A stretch of DNA of 64,000 bases from Alphaproteobacteria bacterium (GTDB lineage: Bacteria > Pseudomonadota > Alphaproteobacteria > Bin95). Every line of letters begins with the position of its first letter. Within the stretch, counting starts at the first letter, position 1. The stretch lies in the NCBI GenBank assembly GCA_964291285.2, contig OZ219787.1:1920001-1984000 (forward strand), in the 5' to 3' direction. The translations under genes were made by a program, and so were the position numbers. The notes below the pieces were generated by a model. That model was not told the DNA's origin, searched no databases, and saw nothing but the letters and a program-made list of their open reading frames with translations. Below are positions 22,136 through 31,165 of the stretch, piece after piece.

Positions 22136-22663
22136 CTAGCCCTTGCGGCCGCCGTGCCGGCGGCTCAGGAGGTCGTCCAGGGCTTTGCGCTGCTCGTCGC
22201 TCAGAGTGCCGTACCAGGCATTGAAGGCCGGCCTGACATCGCCGAGCACCGCAGCCGCCGTCTTCGTGGCGGCTTCCGCCAGGGCGAGCTTCGCCGGCAT
22301 CGTCTTCTCGGCCCGGAGCGCTTCGGTCTCCGCGCAGGTTTCGCCGATCCTCTCGCCGCCGGCCCGCACCGCGCCGGTCAGCTTGTCCCAGGCAGCGCGC
22401 TGCTCGGGCGTGAACGCCATGAAGGTCTCGGCGAAGGTGATCGCGGCCTCGATATGGTCGGTGCGGGCGTCGCTGCACAGCTTGTGCGCTATGCCGCCCC
22501 GATGGCCGCGATGCCCCCAGCCGTGGCGGTGGCCGACCAGCGTGATCGCGGCCTCGCCGGCCTTCACGCTCTGGCGCACGTCGCTGGAGAGGGCATAGGC
22601 GCCGACCGCGCCCAGGCTTGCCAGACCGAGGCCGCCGGCGATGATGATGACCTTGAGTTTCAT
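22136..22663 (-). CDS. Spy/CpxP-like periplasmic protein
   Basis: Signal peptide, His/Gly-rich segment, TPEQR and LSDEQR repeats; [10 protein letters not shown]; divergent from the TCS. Confidence 0.8.
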   Translation of the reverse strand: MKLKVIIIAGGLGLASLGAVGAYALSSDVRQSVKAGEAAITLVGHRHGWGHRGHRGGIAHKLCSDARTDHIEAAITFAETFMAFTPEQRAAWDKLTGAVRAGGERIGETCAETEALRAEKTMPAKLALAEAATKTAAAVLGDVRPAFNAWYGTLSDEQRKALDDLLSRRHGGRKG

Positions 22664-22789
22664 GGGATATGCCTCCTTCGGTTCCGCCGGCCAGCACGGC
22701 CGGTTCGGGACTTGTATGGGGTCTTCGTGTAACGCGGCCATGTCCCGGCCGCCGCCATTTGGCAACAGTCCGTTGCCTGAGCGCGCCCC

Positions 22790-22804
22790 GTTACGCTTCG
22801 TTAC
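22790..22804 (-). promoter_or_regulatory. CpxR/OmpR-type tandem box GTAAC-N5-GTAAC
   Basis: Direct repeat with 10-bp period between the divergent spy-like gene and the response regulator. Confidence 0.55.
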
Positions 22805-22849
22805 AACAAAACCTCCGGGGGAGCGCTGCACGGCCCTAAACTCGGAGCG

Positions 22850-23572
22850 ATGAAGGACGGGCCGCATATCCTCGTCGTGGACGACGACCGTGAAATCCGC
22901 GACCTGCTCGCGCGGTTCCTGCGCAAGCACGGCTTCCGCGTGGAGACCGCCGCCGACGGCAGGGCGATGTTCCGGACCCTGTCGGCGGGGCGCTTCGACC
23001 TGGTGGTGCTCGACCTGATGCTGCCGGGGGAAGACGGCCTCAGCCTCTGCCGGAAGGTCCGTGCGGAGTCCGACCTGCCGATCGTCATGCTCACCGCCAT
23101 CGGCGAGGACACGGACCGGATCGTCGGGCTGGAGATGGGCGCCGACGACTATCTCGCCAAGCCGTTCAACCCGCGCGAGCTGCTGGCCCGCATCCGCGCC
23201 GTGCTGCGCCGCGCGCCGGACATGCGGGGTCGTCCGGAGGCCGACCCGTCCCGGAGCTTCGAGTTCCAGGGCTGGGCGCTGGACGCCGGGCGGCGCAGCC
23301 TGCATGCGCCGGACGGCGCGCTGGTGGACCTGACGGGCGGTGAGTTCGACCTGCTGCTGGCGCTGGTGGAGCATCCGGGCCGGGTGCTGAACCGCGACCA
23401 GCTCCTGGACCTCACGCGCGGCCGGGAAGCCGGGCCGTTCGACCGCAGCGTCGATGTGCAGGTGAGCCGCCTGCGCCGCAAGATCGAGGACGACCCGAAG
23501 CAGCCGGAGCTCATCAAGACCGTGCGCGGCGGCGGCTACGTGTTTGCGGGCAGGGTGCAGGAACGCCGATGA
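22850..23572 (+). CDS. OmpR-family response regulator
   Basis: VVDDD, LDLMLPG, GADDYLAKPF and wHTH DVQVSRLRRK..TVRGGGY. Confidence 0.96.
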   Translation: MKDGPHILVVDDDREIRDLLARFLRKHGFRVETAADGRAMFRTLSAGRFDLVVLDLMLPGEDGLSLCRKVRAESDLPIVMLTAIGEDTDRIVGLEMGADDYLAKPFNPRELLARIRAVLRRAPDMRGRPEADPSRSFEFQGWALDAGRRSLHAPDGALVDLTGGEFDLLLALVEHPGRVLNRDQLLDLTRGREAGPFDRSVDVQVSRLRRKIEDDPKQPELIKTVRGGGYVFAGRVQERR

Positions 23573-24888
23573 CCCGCTGGCTGCTGCGCCTCTGGCCGGA
23601 GGGGATCGCCGCCAGGCTGGGCCTCCTGCTGCTTGCCGGGCTGGCGGTCTTCGGCGTCGTCGTGGGATTGTTTTACCTGGACGAGCGGCGCGACCACGCG
23701 GTCGAGCACTTCGGCAGGGTGCTGTCCGTACGCATGCTCGCCATCGTCGAACTGCTGGAAGAAGCGACGCCGGGCGAACGGCGGCAGTTGCTCACGGCGC
23801 TGTCGGACCGGCGGTTGCGGATCAAGCTGCTTCTCGAACGGCCCCAGGGAACCGAGTGGCGCCCGCCGGAGAACGTGGATGAGGATGCGGGCCGCCATCT
23901 GGAGCGGCTTCGGCCGCGACCCGTGCTCATGCGCGTCGGAGGCAGGTCCTCCGGCGAGCGCCACGGTCACCGCATCCTGATTGCAGTCGGGCTGAAGGAA
24001 GGTGTGTGGGCGGAATTCTCCGTCCGTCCGGGCTACTGGCCGCGCGCCGGACCGTTGATCTGGCTGGGCGCGGTCGCGCTCCTTGTGGTGCTGGGGCTGG
24101 TCTGGGGCGCGCACCGGACCACCCGCCCGCTGCGACGCTTTGCGGAGGCGGCCGACCGGCTGGGGCTGGATGCGAACCCGCCGCCCCTGCCGGAGCGGGG
24201 CCCGCGCGAGCTGCGCAACGCCACCCGCGCCTTCAACCGCATGGCGGCGCGCATCCGCCGGCTCGTGGACGACCGCACCCTGATGCTGGCGGCGGTCTCG
24301 CACGACCTGAAGACCATGCTGACGCGCCTGCGCCTGCGCGCCGAATTCATCGAGGATGCCGAGCAGAAGGAGAAAGCCGCCGCCGATCTTGACGAGATGC
24401 AGGCCATGCTGGAGGCAACGCTTGCCTTCGCGCGCGACGATGCAGCGGACGAACGCCCGGTGCCCGTCGATCTGGCGGCCATGCTGCAGAGTCTTGCGGC
24501 CGATCTCGCCGATGCGGGCCACACGGCCTCCTATGACGGCCTGGACCGCCTCACACTCAGGGCCCGTCCGGTCGCGCTGCGCCGCGTCTTCGAGAACCTG
24601 CTGGACAACGCGCTCCGCTACGGCGAAGAGGCGACCGTCTCGCTGCGTCAGGCGGACGGGCGGGCCGAAGTGCGGATCGAGGACCGCGGGCCCGGCATCC
24701 CTGCGTCGCTTCGGGAACGGGTGTTCGATCCCTTCTTCCGCGTGGAGGCGTCGCGGAGCCGCGACACGGGCGGCAGCGGCCTCGGCCTCGCCGTGGTCCG
24801 CGCCATCGTCCAGCGCCACGACGGCGAAATCGCGCTGGAAGACCGCCCCGGCGGCGGGCTGTGCGTGCGGATATCGCTGCCGCTGTAG
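23569..24888 (+). CDS. Sensor histidine kinase (HAMP, EnvZ/Cpx-like)
   Basis: Two TM helices, HAMP, SHDLKT H-box, NLLDNA, DRGPG and GSGLGL. Confidence 0.95.
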   Translation: MTRWLLRLWPEGIAARLGLLLLAGLAVFGVVVGLFYLDERRDHAVEHFGRVLSVRMLAIVELLEEATPGERRQLLTALSDRRLRIKLLLERPQGTEWRPPENVDEDAGRHLERLRPRPVLMRVGGRSSGERHGHRILIAVGLKEGVWAEFSVRPGYWPRAGPLIWLGAVALLVVLGLVWGAHRTTRPLRRFAEAADRLGLDANPPPLPERGPRELRNATRAFNRMAARIRRLVDDRTLMLAAVSHDLKTMLTRLRLRAEFIEDAEQKEKAAADLDEMQAMLEATLAFARDDAADERPVPVDLAAMLQSLAADLADAGHTASYDGLDRLTLRARPVALRRVFENLLDNALRYGEEATVSLRQADGRAEVRIEDRGPGIPASLRERVFDPFFRVEASRSRDTGGSGLGLAVVRAIVQRHDGEIALEDRPGGGLCVRISLPL

Positions 24889-24896
24889 CGGGCCGC

Positions 24897-24978
24897 GTTC
24901 ATGCTTTTTTCCTGAAAAGGGGGTTGATTACGAGATTGAATAGCTTATATTCCCCTTATAAGAGTATAAATCAGGAAC
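24897..24978 (+). promoter_or_regulatory. AT-rich promoter TTGATT-N16-TATATT flanked by degenerate LexA-like boxes
   Basis: -35 at 24924, -10 at 24946; GTTC-N7-TTTC at 24897 and GTAT-N7-GAAC at 24964. Confidence 0.45.
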
Positions 24979-25209
24979 AAGCGGGCAGATGATCTGACGG
25001 TGCTGAGCGCGTGCGGCATGGGCCGCCTTGTGGCGCTTCTCGGGGTTTCGAAGGGCGAAACCGGACACAGGGCCGGACAGGGAAGGTGCGCGCGCGGGCC
25101 GCGGGAGAACCGACCGGGTTGTCCCGATTCCGGGCCGGGTCCGGGGTGGGGTCCACGCGCCCGACCCGTTCGAAATGGGCCGCCGGGAGGCGCGGCCGGG
25201 GGAGGAACC

Positions 25210-25644
25210 ATGACGGATTTGCTGGCGGGACGGAGCCGGGGACGAGCGTTCGGCGAGGACCTGCGCCGCCGGGCGGTTGCGGCGGTGTTGGACGAGGGGA
25301 TGACCAGGGTGGCTGCGGGCCGGCGGTTCGGGGTCCATCCCAAAAGCATCGCCCGCTGGGTGGAGCGCTACCGTGAACGCGGCCATGTGCGGCCCGACGC
25401 AAGGGGCGGCGACCTCCAGTCCTGGCGGATCGAGGCGGAGCGGGAGCGGATCGTCCGTCTTCTGGAGTGGCGGCCGCGCCTCAGCGTCCGCGCGCTTCGC
25501 GACGCGCTGGCCGAGGATGGCGTCGTGTTCGGGTTCGGCACGGTGCAGCGCTTCCTGAAGCGCCACGGCCTGGAGCGCGCCCGCCGCCTCGCCCGCCTCG
25601 GCATCCGCTACGGCGCGAAACGCCCGCGTGGTCCGCAAAGGTGA
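25210..25644 (+). CDS. Stand-alone IS630 transposase-like HTH protein (no DDE domain)
   Basis: DLRRRAVAAV..G....AA.RFGV..SI.RW..Y...G...P..RGG and second HTH ..TVQRFLKRHG; GGAGG RBS. Confidence 0.82.
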   Translation: MTDLLAGRSRGRAFGEDLRRRAVAAVLDEGMTRVAAGRRFGVHPKSIARWVERYRERGHVRPDARGGDLQSWRIEAERERIVRLLEWRPRLSVRALRDALAEDGVVFGFGTVQRFLKRHGLERARRLARLGIRYGAKRPRGPQR

Positions 25645-25796
25645 CGGCCGTGCGAAGCACGGTGAGAACCAAGACGCCCGTATAGGAGACCGGGCGGATC
25701 GGCGTCAGAACGATGCGCCTGTTCTCGGCGGTCTCATCTCGCAGGAATGCAGGCTGTATGCTGGCAAATTGCCGTCCACAGGCAGGAGCGCCAGTC

Positions 25797-26033
25797 ATGG
25801 CCACCATCACCGTGCGGAATGTCGATGACAAGCTGGTCACCGCCCTGAAGGCCCAGGCGAAGGCGAACCAGCGCTCGCTGGAAGGCGAAGTCCGCCACCT
25901 TCTCGCCCAACAGGCGTTGCGTCATGCCCGCCTCGAAGACTTCCGTGAGCGCACCGCGCGCCTCGCCGGCCTCACCGCCGACCGCCCCCAGACAGACAGC
26001 ACCTTCCTCCTGCGCGAGGACCGCGACCGTTGA
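25797..26033 (+). CDS. FitA-like ribbon-helix-helix antitoxin
   Basis: MATITVRNVDD..LK.QA..NQRSLEGEVR and C-terminal DS..LLREDRDR. Confidence 0.88.
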   Translation: MATITVRNVDDKLVTALKAQAKANQRSLEGEVRHLLAQQALRHARLEDFRERTARLAGLTADRPQTDSTFLLREDRDR

Positions 26034-26860
26034 AGGCGGTCGTTGACGCCGACGTTGCGGTCAAATGGTTGTTTACTGAAGACGGAATTGTCGAGGCACG
26101 GCAACTCCTCGCCCATCGGGTCACGCTGCACGCCCCGGATTTCATACTGACCGAAGCTGCCAATGTAATCTGGAAAAAGGCCCGGCGCCGGGAAATCACA
26201 GACACGCGACCTTATTTCGAGGAACTCGCCCGCCTGGACGATGTCGTGGAGTTGTCCCCGTCCGCGGACCTTCTCGCCCACGCTGCAGCCATTGCCATTG
26301 AGATCGACCATCCGGTTTACGATTGCCTCTATCTCGCCGGCGCCGAGGTCGAGGAAGCGCCGCTGGTCACGGCCGACCGCCGGCTGCGCGACGCCGCCGG
26401 GAACCGGGCGGACACGGAAGTCTGGCTTATCTCCGGGCCCGAAACGGGCAGGCGCATTGCAAGCGCCGCTACCAGTCTGGTTATTCAGGAAACTACCGTC
26501 CAGGACCTGACCGCCGCTTATACGGTTTTCAGCGATACTGCAGATAATGTCGTCAGCCATGTCCCTCGCCGTCCCGGCGGTCCCGCAATCCTGCCCCCGG
26601 AACGCCGGAACGCCTATCTGGAGACACCCGCATTCCGGCGCCTGGTGACGCTCGTCGCCAGCCTGTCACACGAAGAGCGCATCGACCTGATGGCGCTTGC
26701 GTGGTACGGCCGTGAAAGCGCCGATACCTCTCCCTGGTCGTATTTCCTGGATCATGCCTGCCGCATGGGAATCGATGATCCCCAATATGAAGCGGCGCTG
26801 GGGCGCTACTGGCAGGCCGGACTGGACCGGCTTCGCGGCAATAGGCCGGAGATGCGCTGA
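26030..26860 (+). CDS. VapC PIN-domain toxin with C-terminal DUF3775-like extension
   Basis: VVDA, E..N..WK, VYD..Y and LVTAD PIN motifs; C-terminal LS.EE..DL.ALAW.GR; TTG start overlaps the antitoxin stop. Confidence 0.82.
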   Translation: MKAVVDADVAVKWLFTEDGIVEARQLLAHRVTLHAPDFILTEAANVIWKKARRREITDTRPYFEELARLDDVVELSPSADLLAHAAAIAIEIDHPVYDCLYLAGAEVEEAPLVTADRRLRDAAGNRADTEVWLISGPETGRRIASAATSLVIQETTVQDLTAAYTVFSDTADNVVSHVPRRPGGPAILPPERRNAYLETPAFRRLVTLVASLSHEERIDLMALAWYGRESADTSPWSYFLDHACRMGIDDPQYEAALGRYWQAGLDRLRGNRPEMR

Positions 26861-26863
26861 GCG

Positions 26864-27592
26864 ATGGAGTTCCTGGCTCCCGAATTGTTCGCCGCCCTGG
26901 GCGTTGCGGCTGCGGCCGGGCTGATGCGGGGCTTCGCGGGCGTGGGTTCCGGCATGCTGATGGCGCCGGTCTTCGCGATCCTGTTCGGCCCGGTCCAGAC
27001 CGTCGCGGTCATCATCCTCATGGAAATCGTCGTCACCGGCCAGCTCCTCCCCGGTGTCCGTCGGGAGATCGACTGGAAGGTGATTGCCCCGATGGGCATC
27101 GCGGCCGCCCTCCTCATGCCGGCGGGAAGCTGGCTGCTCGTGACGCTCGACCCCGACCTCATCGCGCGGGGGATCGCGCTGGTCGTGGTGGCCTTCTCGG
27201 TCGTCCTGATGGCGGGATGGCGCTACGAGGGCGGGAAGAAGCTCTGGGCGACGCTCGGCGTCGGGGCGCTGTCGGGGGTGCTGATGGCGTCCACGAGCCT
27301 CGGCAACCCGCCGGTCATGGCCTACCTGCTGTCCAGCCGGGATGCGGCGGCCACCAACCGGGCAGATTTCACCGGCTATTTCGCCGTCACGCTGGTGGCG
27401 CTGATCGCCATGATGGCGGCGACCGGCCTGATCGACGGCGATGCGGTCGCGACGGCGGCGATCCTGCTGCCGGTGTTCATGGCGGGGGCCTGGATCGGCT
27501 CCCGTCTCTTCCGCCGGTCGAGCGAGGCGCTCTACCGCCGCGTCGCCTTGGGCCTCCTGTTCTGCGTCGGCATGTACGGCCTGCTGCGGTAG
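26864..27592 (+). CDS. Sulfite exporter TauE/SafE family protein
   Basis: AG..RGFAG.GSG repeat pattern and multiple TM helices. Confidence 0.88.
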   Translation: MEFLAPELFAALGVAAAAGLMRGFAGVGSGMLMAPVFAILFGPVQTVAVIILMEIVVTGQLLPGVRREIDWKVIAPMGIAAALLMPAGSWLLVTLDPDLIARGIALVVVAFSVVLMAGWRYEGGKKLWATLGVGALSGVLMASTSLGNPPVMAYLLSSRDAAATNRADFTGYFAVTLVALIAMMAATGLIDGDAVATAAILLPVFMAGAWIGSRLFRRSSEALYRRVALGLLFCVGMYGLLR

Positions 27593-27605
27593 GGCGGCAT
27601 ACGAC

Positions 27606-29039
27606 TCAGGCGCCGTCTTCGAACAACGATGCCTCGGCGGCCCGGTATCTGACGGGGTTGTGCCGGCGGACCATCCGCCCCTCGTCCACCGCCCGTTTCA
27701 GCCAGTCCGCCGCCTGGCTTTCCCTGACTCCGAGCTGCGCGGCGATATCGCCGGCCCGCACCGGAACGGTCGATGCGCTCTTCAACGCGCGGCTGAGGAA
27801 CAGCCCGTAGAATTCGCCTTCCGCAGGGCTGCGGGGGGCGCAGGGCGGCATGCTGTATTGTCCCCGGCGCGTTTTCTCGATCCGGTGTTCGTCCAACGCG
27901 CGCTGCAACCAGTCTTCCGCTTGTGGCTTCTTCAATCCGAGGCGTTCCGCGATGTGCTGCACGCCGACCGGCTTTTGCGCCGTGAGTTCGGCCATGCGGG
28001 CGAGGAAGAGCGCGTAGAGGCCGCCGTCCTCCGGCGCGGGCGCGTAAGGCTCCGGCTCTTCTCGCAACGAAGCGTCGGCGGGTTCCAGCGGCAGCCGGTC
28101 CGGTCCGGCGGGACGCGCTCCCTCCGTCAGTTGCGAAAGCGGGAAGGGTTCTTCCGGCAGCCACTCCGCGCCGCGCCGGACAAGCTCCGGGTTGCCGGAA
28201 CCGGGTGCGTCGTCCGGCCTTGCCCAGAGCGGCACCCAGCCATGCTTCAGGTTTTCTTCCGCGCCGCTCCAGGTTCCCCCCTTGCCCGCTTCGCTGCTGA
28301 CGACGACCGCGGCATCGGCGAGGCAATAGATATGTGCGTTCCGCGCCATCGCATTGCCGACCTGGAAACGCGCTTCGGGATTGAACGGGGAGATGAGGGC
28401 AAGATCACCCGACAGGATGTATTGGCGGTAGTCGGCGGCCATCGCCGACCGGAGCAGGCTGTCGGCCAGGACGCCGAGCGCCGCGCCGTCCCGTTCGAGC
28501 GCGCCCTGCATCGCATACCTGTCGACGCCGCGCGCGCCGCCGGAAACGAGCGAATAGTCTTGCGCGGCGGCCTCGGCGCCGAGTTCGCGGGCGAATTCAA
28601 GGCCGTCCTCGCCGGCGTTCCGGGAGCCGACGACGGCGATGCCGCCCCGCTCCAGCAGCGCCTTGTTTCCGCAACCGAAGAGCACGGCTGGCGCTGCCCT
28701 GCCGAGGCGCTGCTTCAGGCGCTCCGGATAATCGGCGTCGGAGCGGGTCAACACCCACAGCCCGGCGCGCTGCCAGCGTTCGAGCGAAAGGCCGAGCGCT
28801 GCGCCCCGGTTGAGCAGCGCGCGCAGGCGGTCCCGCGTTATCCGCCGGTCCTCCCAGCCTTCGGGCAGCGCGTCGAGATCGCCCTTCAGCAGAACCGACG
28901 GCTCCAGCCCCTTCTCCTTCAGCCAACCGGCGAACCGCGCCCATTCCCCTTTGGAGAGCGGCTTGCTGCCGCCCGGGTCCGACTTCCCGAACGAGACGTT
29001 CAGGAGCAGCACCGCTTGAGCCTGGGGCGTCAACTGCAT
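27606..29039 (-). CDS. DprA/Smf-domain protein, RqlI-like, with tandem C-terminal wHTH
   Basis: DYP.RL, AVVGSR, VSGGARGVD, AM.RN..IY.L and GGTW motifs; directly downstream of the RecQ-PRTase gene. Confidence 0.88.
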   Translation of the reverse strand: MQLTPQAQAVLLLNVSFGKSDPGGSKPLSKGEWARFAGWLKEKGLEPSVLLKGDLDALPEGWEDRRITRDRLRALLNRGAALGLSLERWQRAGLWVLTRSDADYPERLKQRLGRAAPAVLFGCGNKALLERGGIAVVGSRNAGEDGLEFARELGAEAAAQDYSLVSGGARGVDRYAMQGALERDGAALGVLADSLLRSAMAADYRQYILSGDLALISPFNPEARFQVGNAMARNAHIYCLADAAVVVSSEAGKGGTWSGAEENLKHGWVPLWARPDDAPGSGNPELVRRGAEWLPEEPFPLSQLTEGARPAGPDRLPLEPADASLREEPEPYAPAPEDGGLYALFLARMAELTAQKPVGVQHIAERLGLKKPQAEDWLQRALDEHRIEKTRRGQYSMPPCAPRSPAEGEFYGLFLSRALKSASTVPVRAGDIAAQLGVRESQAADWLKRAVDEGRMVRRHNPVRYRAAEASLFEDGA

Positions 29040-29049
29040 GGGCGCGCTC

Positions 29050-31155
29050 CTACAGGGCCTTCGCGAGGGCCAGCGGCCAGACGGGGCCGCTGCCGGCCTG
29101 CCGGAGCAAGGCCGCCACGACCGTCATCGTCCACGCCGAATCGACCACATCGTCCACAAGCAGGACCGGTTCCGCGCGCGGCTTGCCGGCGACCGTAAAG
29201 ACACCGTCGAGATTGCGGCACTGGTGAAACCTGTTCTGCTGGACCTTCTGCGGCTCGTTGTCCTCCACCTTCTCGATCAGCGGCAGGAACGGCAGTCCGA
29301 GCTTCTTCCCGAGGCGGGCCGCGAAGCCGGGCACAAGGCCGGGCCGGTTTCTGGAGGGCACGCAGGTTATCCATGCCGGCTCCGGCGACGGACGCCAACG
29401 ATCCCGGACCATCTCCGCCGCAGCATCGACGAGTTCGTCGTCGAACCCGCCGCCATGCTTGCCTTTCGCGACAAGGTCTCCCCAGCCCGCATCGCCCCAA
29501 AGGGACAGGAAGCGGCCTTCCTCGGCTCGCAATTCTGCCGGAAGCCGCCCGCTGAAGCCGTATCGGGGAAAGGCGTCCGGGCCAACCTGCCTGTTGCATG
29601 CAAGGGGCATTTCGGACCGGCGCAGGAAGCGCAGCGCGTCCTGTTCCAGACGGGGCTTGTAGGTGCGCGCAACGACGGGGTGGCCCAGGCAATTGGCGCA
29701 TTTGCCGCAAGGCTGCGGGCGCTTGTCGTCCAGGGACCGGGCCAGGAATTCCATCAGGCAGCCCCGCTCATCGACAAAGCGCCGGACCTCGTTCCATTCC
29801 GTTTCCCGCTGCTCGGTCAGCCGCCGGATATGCTCGCGGTCCATTTCGTAGGGAACCGCCGTCCGGCGCCAGATCGACCCGTCCTTCAGCACGGGCGCCG
29901 GGGACTCCACGGACAGGAATTTGAGCGCCTTTTCGATTTGCCCGTAGCGCAGATTGACGGTTTCCTCGAGTTGACGGACCGTCATCCCGTCGCCCCGTTC
30001 CAGGGCGGTCAGGATCGATTGGACCCACCGCTCGTCGGGGAAGGCCGTGCGGCGGAACCAGTCGTGTATGTCATCGTCTTCCCCGCCGGCCATCAGCACG
30101 CACACGGCGCGGTCGATCGCCCGTCCGGCGCGGCCGATCTGCTGGTAATAGGCGATGATCGATCCGGGCGCCTGGTAGTGGACCACGAAGCCGAGATCGG
30201 GTTTGTCGTAGCCCATCCCGAGCGCAGTCGTGGCCACCAGCGCCTTGATCTCGTTCCGCAGCAGCAGTCCTTCGACATGTTGCCGGTAAGCATTGCTGTC
30301 GGGGAAACCGTCACCGGTCGCGTCGCTGTAATACGGCTTGGCGGCGATGCCGTTGCTGGTCAGCCAGTCCGCCACCCGGTCCGCATCGCGCCTCGTCAGC
30401 GTATAGACGATCCCGGCGCCGGGCAGCTCGTCCAGGTGCTCTGCCAGCCATGCGAGGCGGACAGCCTGCGATGGCGGGCGCATCACCTGCAGGGCGAGCG
30501 ACTTCCTCATCAGCGGGCCGCGCTGGACCTTTATGTCGCCGAGTTGGGCCCGAATGTCTGCGATGACCCGGTCGTTCGCCGTGGCGGTGGTACCGACGAC
30601 GGGCACATTGCCGGGCATCGAGCGCAGGATATTGACCAGGCGCCGGTAGTCGGGGCGGAAATCGTGTCCCCAGTCCGAGATGCAGTGGGCCTCATCGACG
30701 ACCATAAGGCCGATATCGCCGGCGATCGGCATCAGCACATCGTCGGCGAAGTCCTCATTGGCGAGACGTTCCGGCGAAATCAGGAGGGCGTCGGCTTCGC
30801 CCTCTCGCACGATGCGTTGCAGCACCGGCCATTCCTCACGGTTCGTGGAGTTGATCGTCAACGCGCGGATGCCGAGCCGTTCCGCGGCGTCGATCTGGTT
30901 CCGCATCAGCGCCAGCAAAGGCGACACGATCAGCACCGGGCCGCGGCCCCGGTCCCGGAGGATCCGTGTCGCGACGAAATAAACCGCGCTCTTGCCCCAG
31001 CCGGTCCGTTCCACGACCAGAAGCCGCTCGCGCCGGTTTGCCAGGGCGTCGATGGCTTCCCACTGGCCGGGGCGGAACGACGCCGCCGGATCGGCCAGCG
31101 CAGTCCGGAGCATATCGAGCGCCGTGGACCGGTCGGTTTCGGCAGCGGGTGTCAC
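29050..31155 (-). CDS. RecQ-like helicase with C-terminal phosphoribosyltransferase domain (RqlH-like)
   Basis: TGWGKS, DEAHC.SDWGHDFRPDY, QQIGRAGR, C..CGKCANC and C-terminal VLLVDDVVDS.WT. Confidence 0.92.
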   Translation of the reverse strand: MTPAAETDRSTALDMLRTALADPAASFRPGQWEAIDALANRRERLLVVERTGWGKSAVYFVATRILRDRGRGPVLIVSPLLALMRNQIDAAERLGIRALTINSTNREEWPVLQRIVREGEADALLISPERLANEDFADDVLMPIAGDIGLMVVDEAHCISDWGHDFRPDYRRLVNILRSMPGNVPVVGTTATANDRVIADIRAQLGDIKVQRGPLMRKSLALQVMRPPSQAVRLAWLAEHLDELPGAGIVYTLTRRDADRVADWLTSNGIAAKPYYSDATGDGFPDSNAYRQHVEGLLLRNEIKALVATTALGMGYDKPDLGFVVHYQAPGSIIAYYQQIGRAGRAIDRAVCVLMAGGEDDDIHDWFRRTAFPDERWVQSILTALERGDGMTVRQLEETVNLRYGQIEKALKFLSVESPAPVLKDGSIWRRTAVPYEMDREHIRRLTEQRETEWNEVRRFVDERGCLMEFLARSLDDKRPQPCGKCANCLGHPVVARTYKPRLEQDALRFLRRSEMPLACNRQVGPDAFPRYGFSGRLPAELRAEEGRFLSLWGDAGWGDLVAKGKHGGGFDDELVDAAAEMVRDRWRPSPEPAWITCVPSRNRPGLVPGFAARLGKKLGLPFLPLIEKVEDNEPQKVQQNRFHQCRNLDGVFTVAGKPRAEPVLLVDDVVDSAWTMTVVAALLRQAGSGPVWPLALAKAL

Positions 31156-31165
31156 CCGGACTCCC

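Noticed and set aside
25000-25700. Complete IS630 element (also 45945-46349)
   Set aside because: No DDE ORF, frameshift signal or terminal inverted repeats found
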